Source of the DNA: Vicugna vicugna
Lineage: Eukaryota
DNA length: 64,000 nt
NCBI GenBank assembly: GCA_013265495.1
Contig: MU057744.1
Coordinates: 2,865,370-2,929,369 of the forward strand
Direction of reading: 5' to 3'
The notes beneath the pieces are model-generated. The model was given only the letters and a program-made list of their open reading frames with translations, searched no databases and had not been told where the DNA came from. Made by a program: the position numbers and the translations under genes. Below, one piece after another: positions 63,716 through 64,000 of the stretch (positions within the stretch are counted from its first letter, which is position 1; the number at the start of each line of letters is the position of its first letter).

Positions 63716-64000
63716 GCTGTGTTGTCTCTTCCTTCTGCCAACACCACGATGTCCTAATTACGGTAGCTTTATAATAAATCTGGTAGGAAGTCTAAAAGCC
63801 CAATGTTTAAATTCCTCAGTATTGTTCTAGCGCCTCTATTTCCCTGCATTTACCAAAAAAAGTTAGGCTGCCCGTTAGTTTATACACACGTGCAGCGCAC
63901 GGACTTCGCCTGGGGTCCCGCCACAGCTGTAGACCGGAGAGACCCAGCACCCTGCAGTGCTCAATGTTTGCTGGCGGAACCTGTTCCATCTTTTTTATTT

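Overview
This is mammalian genomic DNA, very likely camelid (camel, alpaca or llama). That call is inferred from five copies of a tRNA-Ala-derived SINE resembling camelid Vic-1 and from young L1 3' ends. I recognise no host protein-coding gene, tRNA, rRNA or CRISPR array. The only protein homology I can see is broken LINE-1 ORF2, so the window reads as intergenic or intronic. It is rich in repeats: young and old L1, L2, MIR, SINEs, three ERV1-type solo LTRs, MER21/MLT-type LTR remnants and DNA-transposon scraps. It also has several CpG-rich patches. The most notable signal is that some of these 'CpG islands' (clearest at ~63.3-63.7 kb, also ~58.7-59.0 kb and ~7.2 kb) are old L1/L2 remnants rewritten by clustered A/T->G/C substitutions. 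That is the footprint expected of local GC-biased gene conversion at recombination hotspots. A speculative minus-strand spliced micro-ORF or lncRNA may start at the 49.3-49.7 kb island. Repeat family names come from my recall of consensus sequences, not from a search, and old-repeat boundaries are approximate. I found no well-supported novel multi-gene system.
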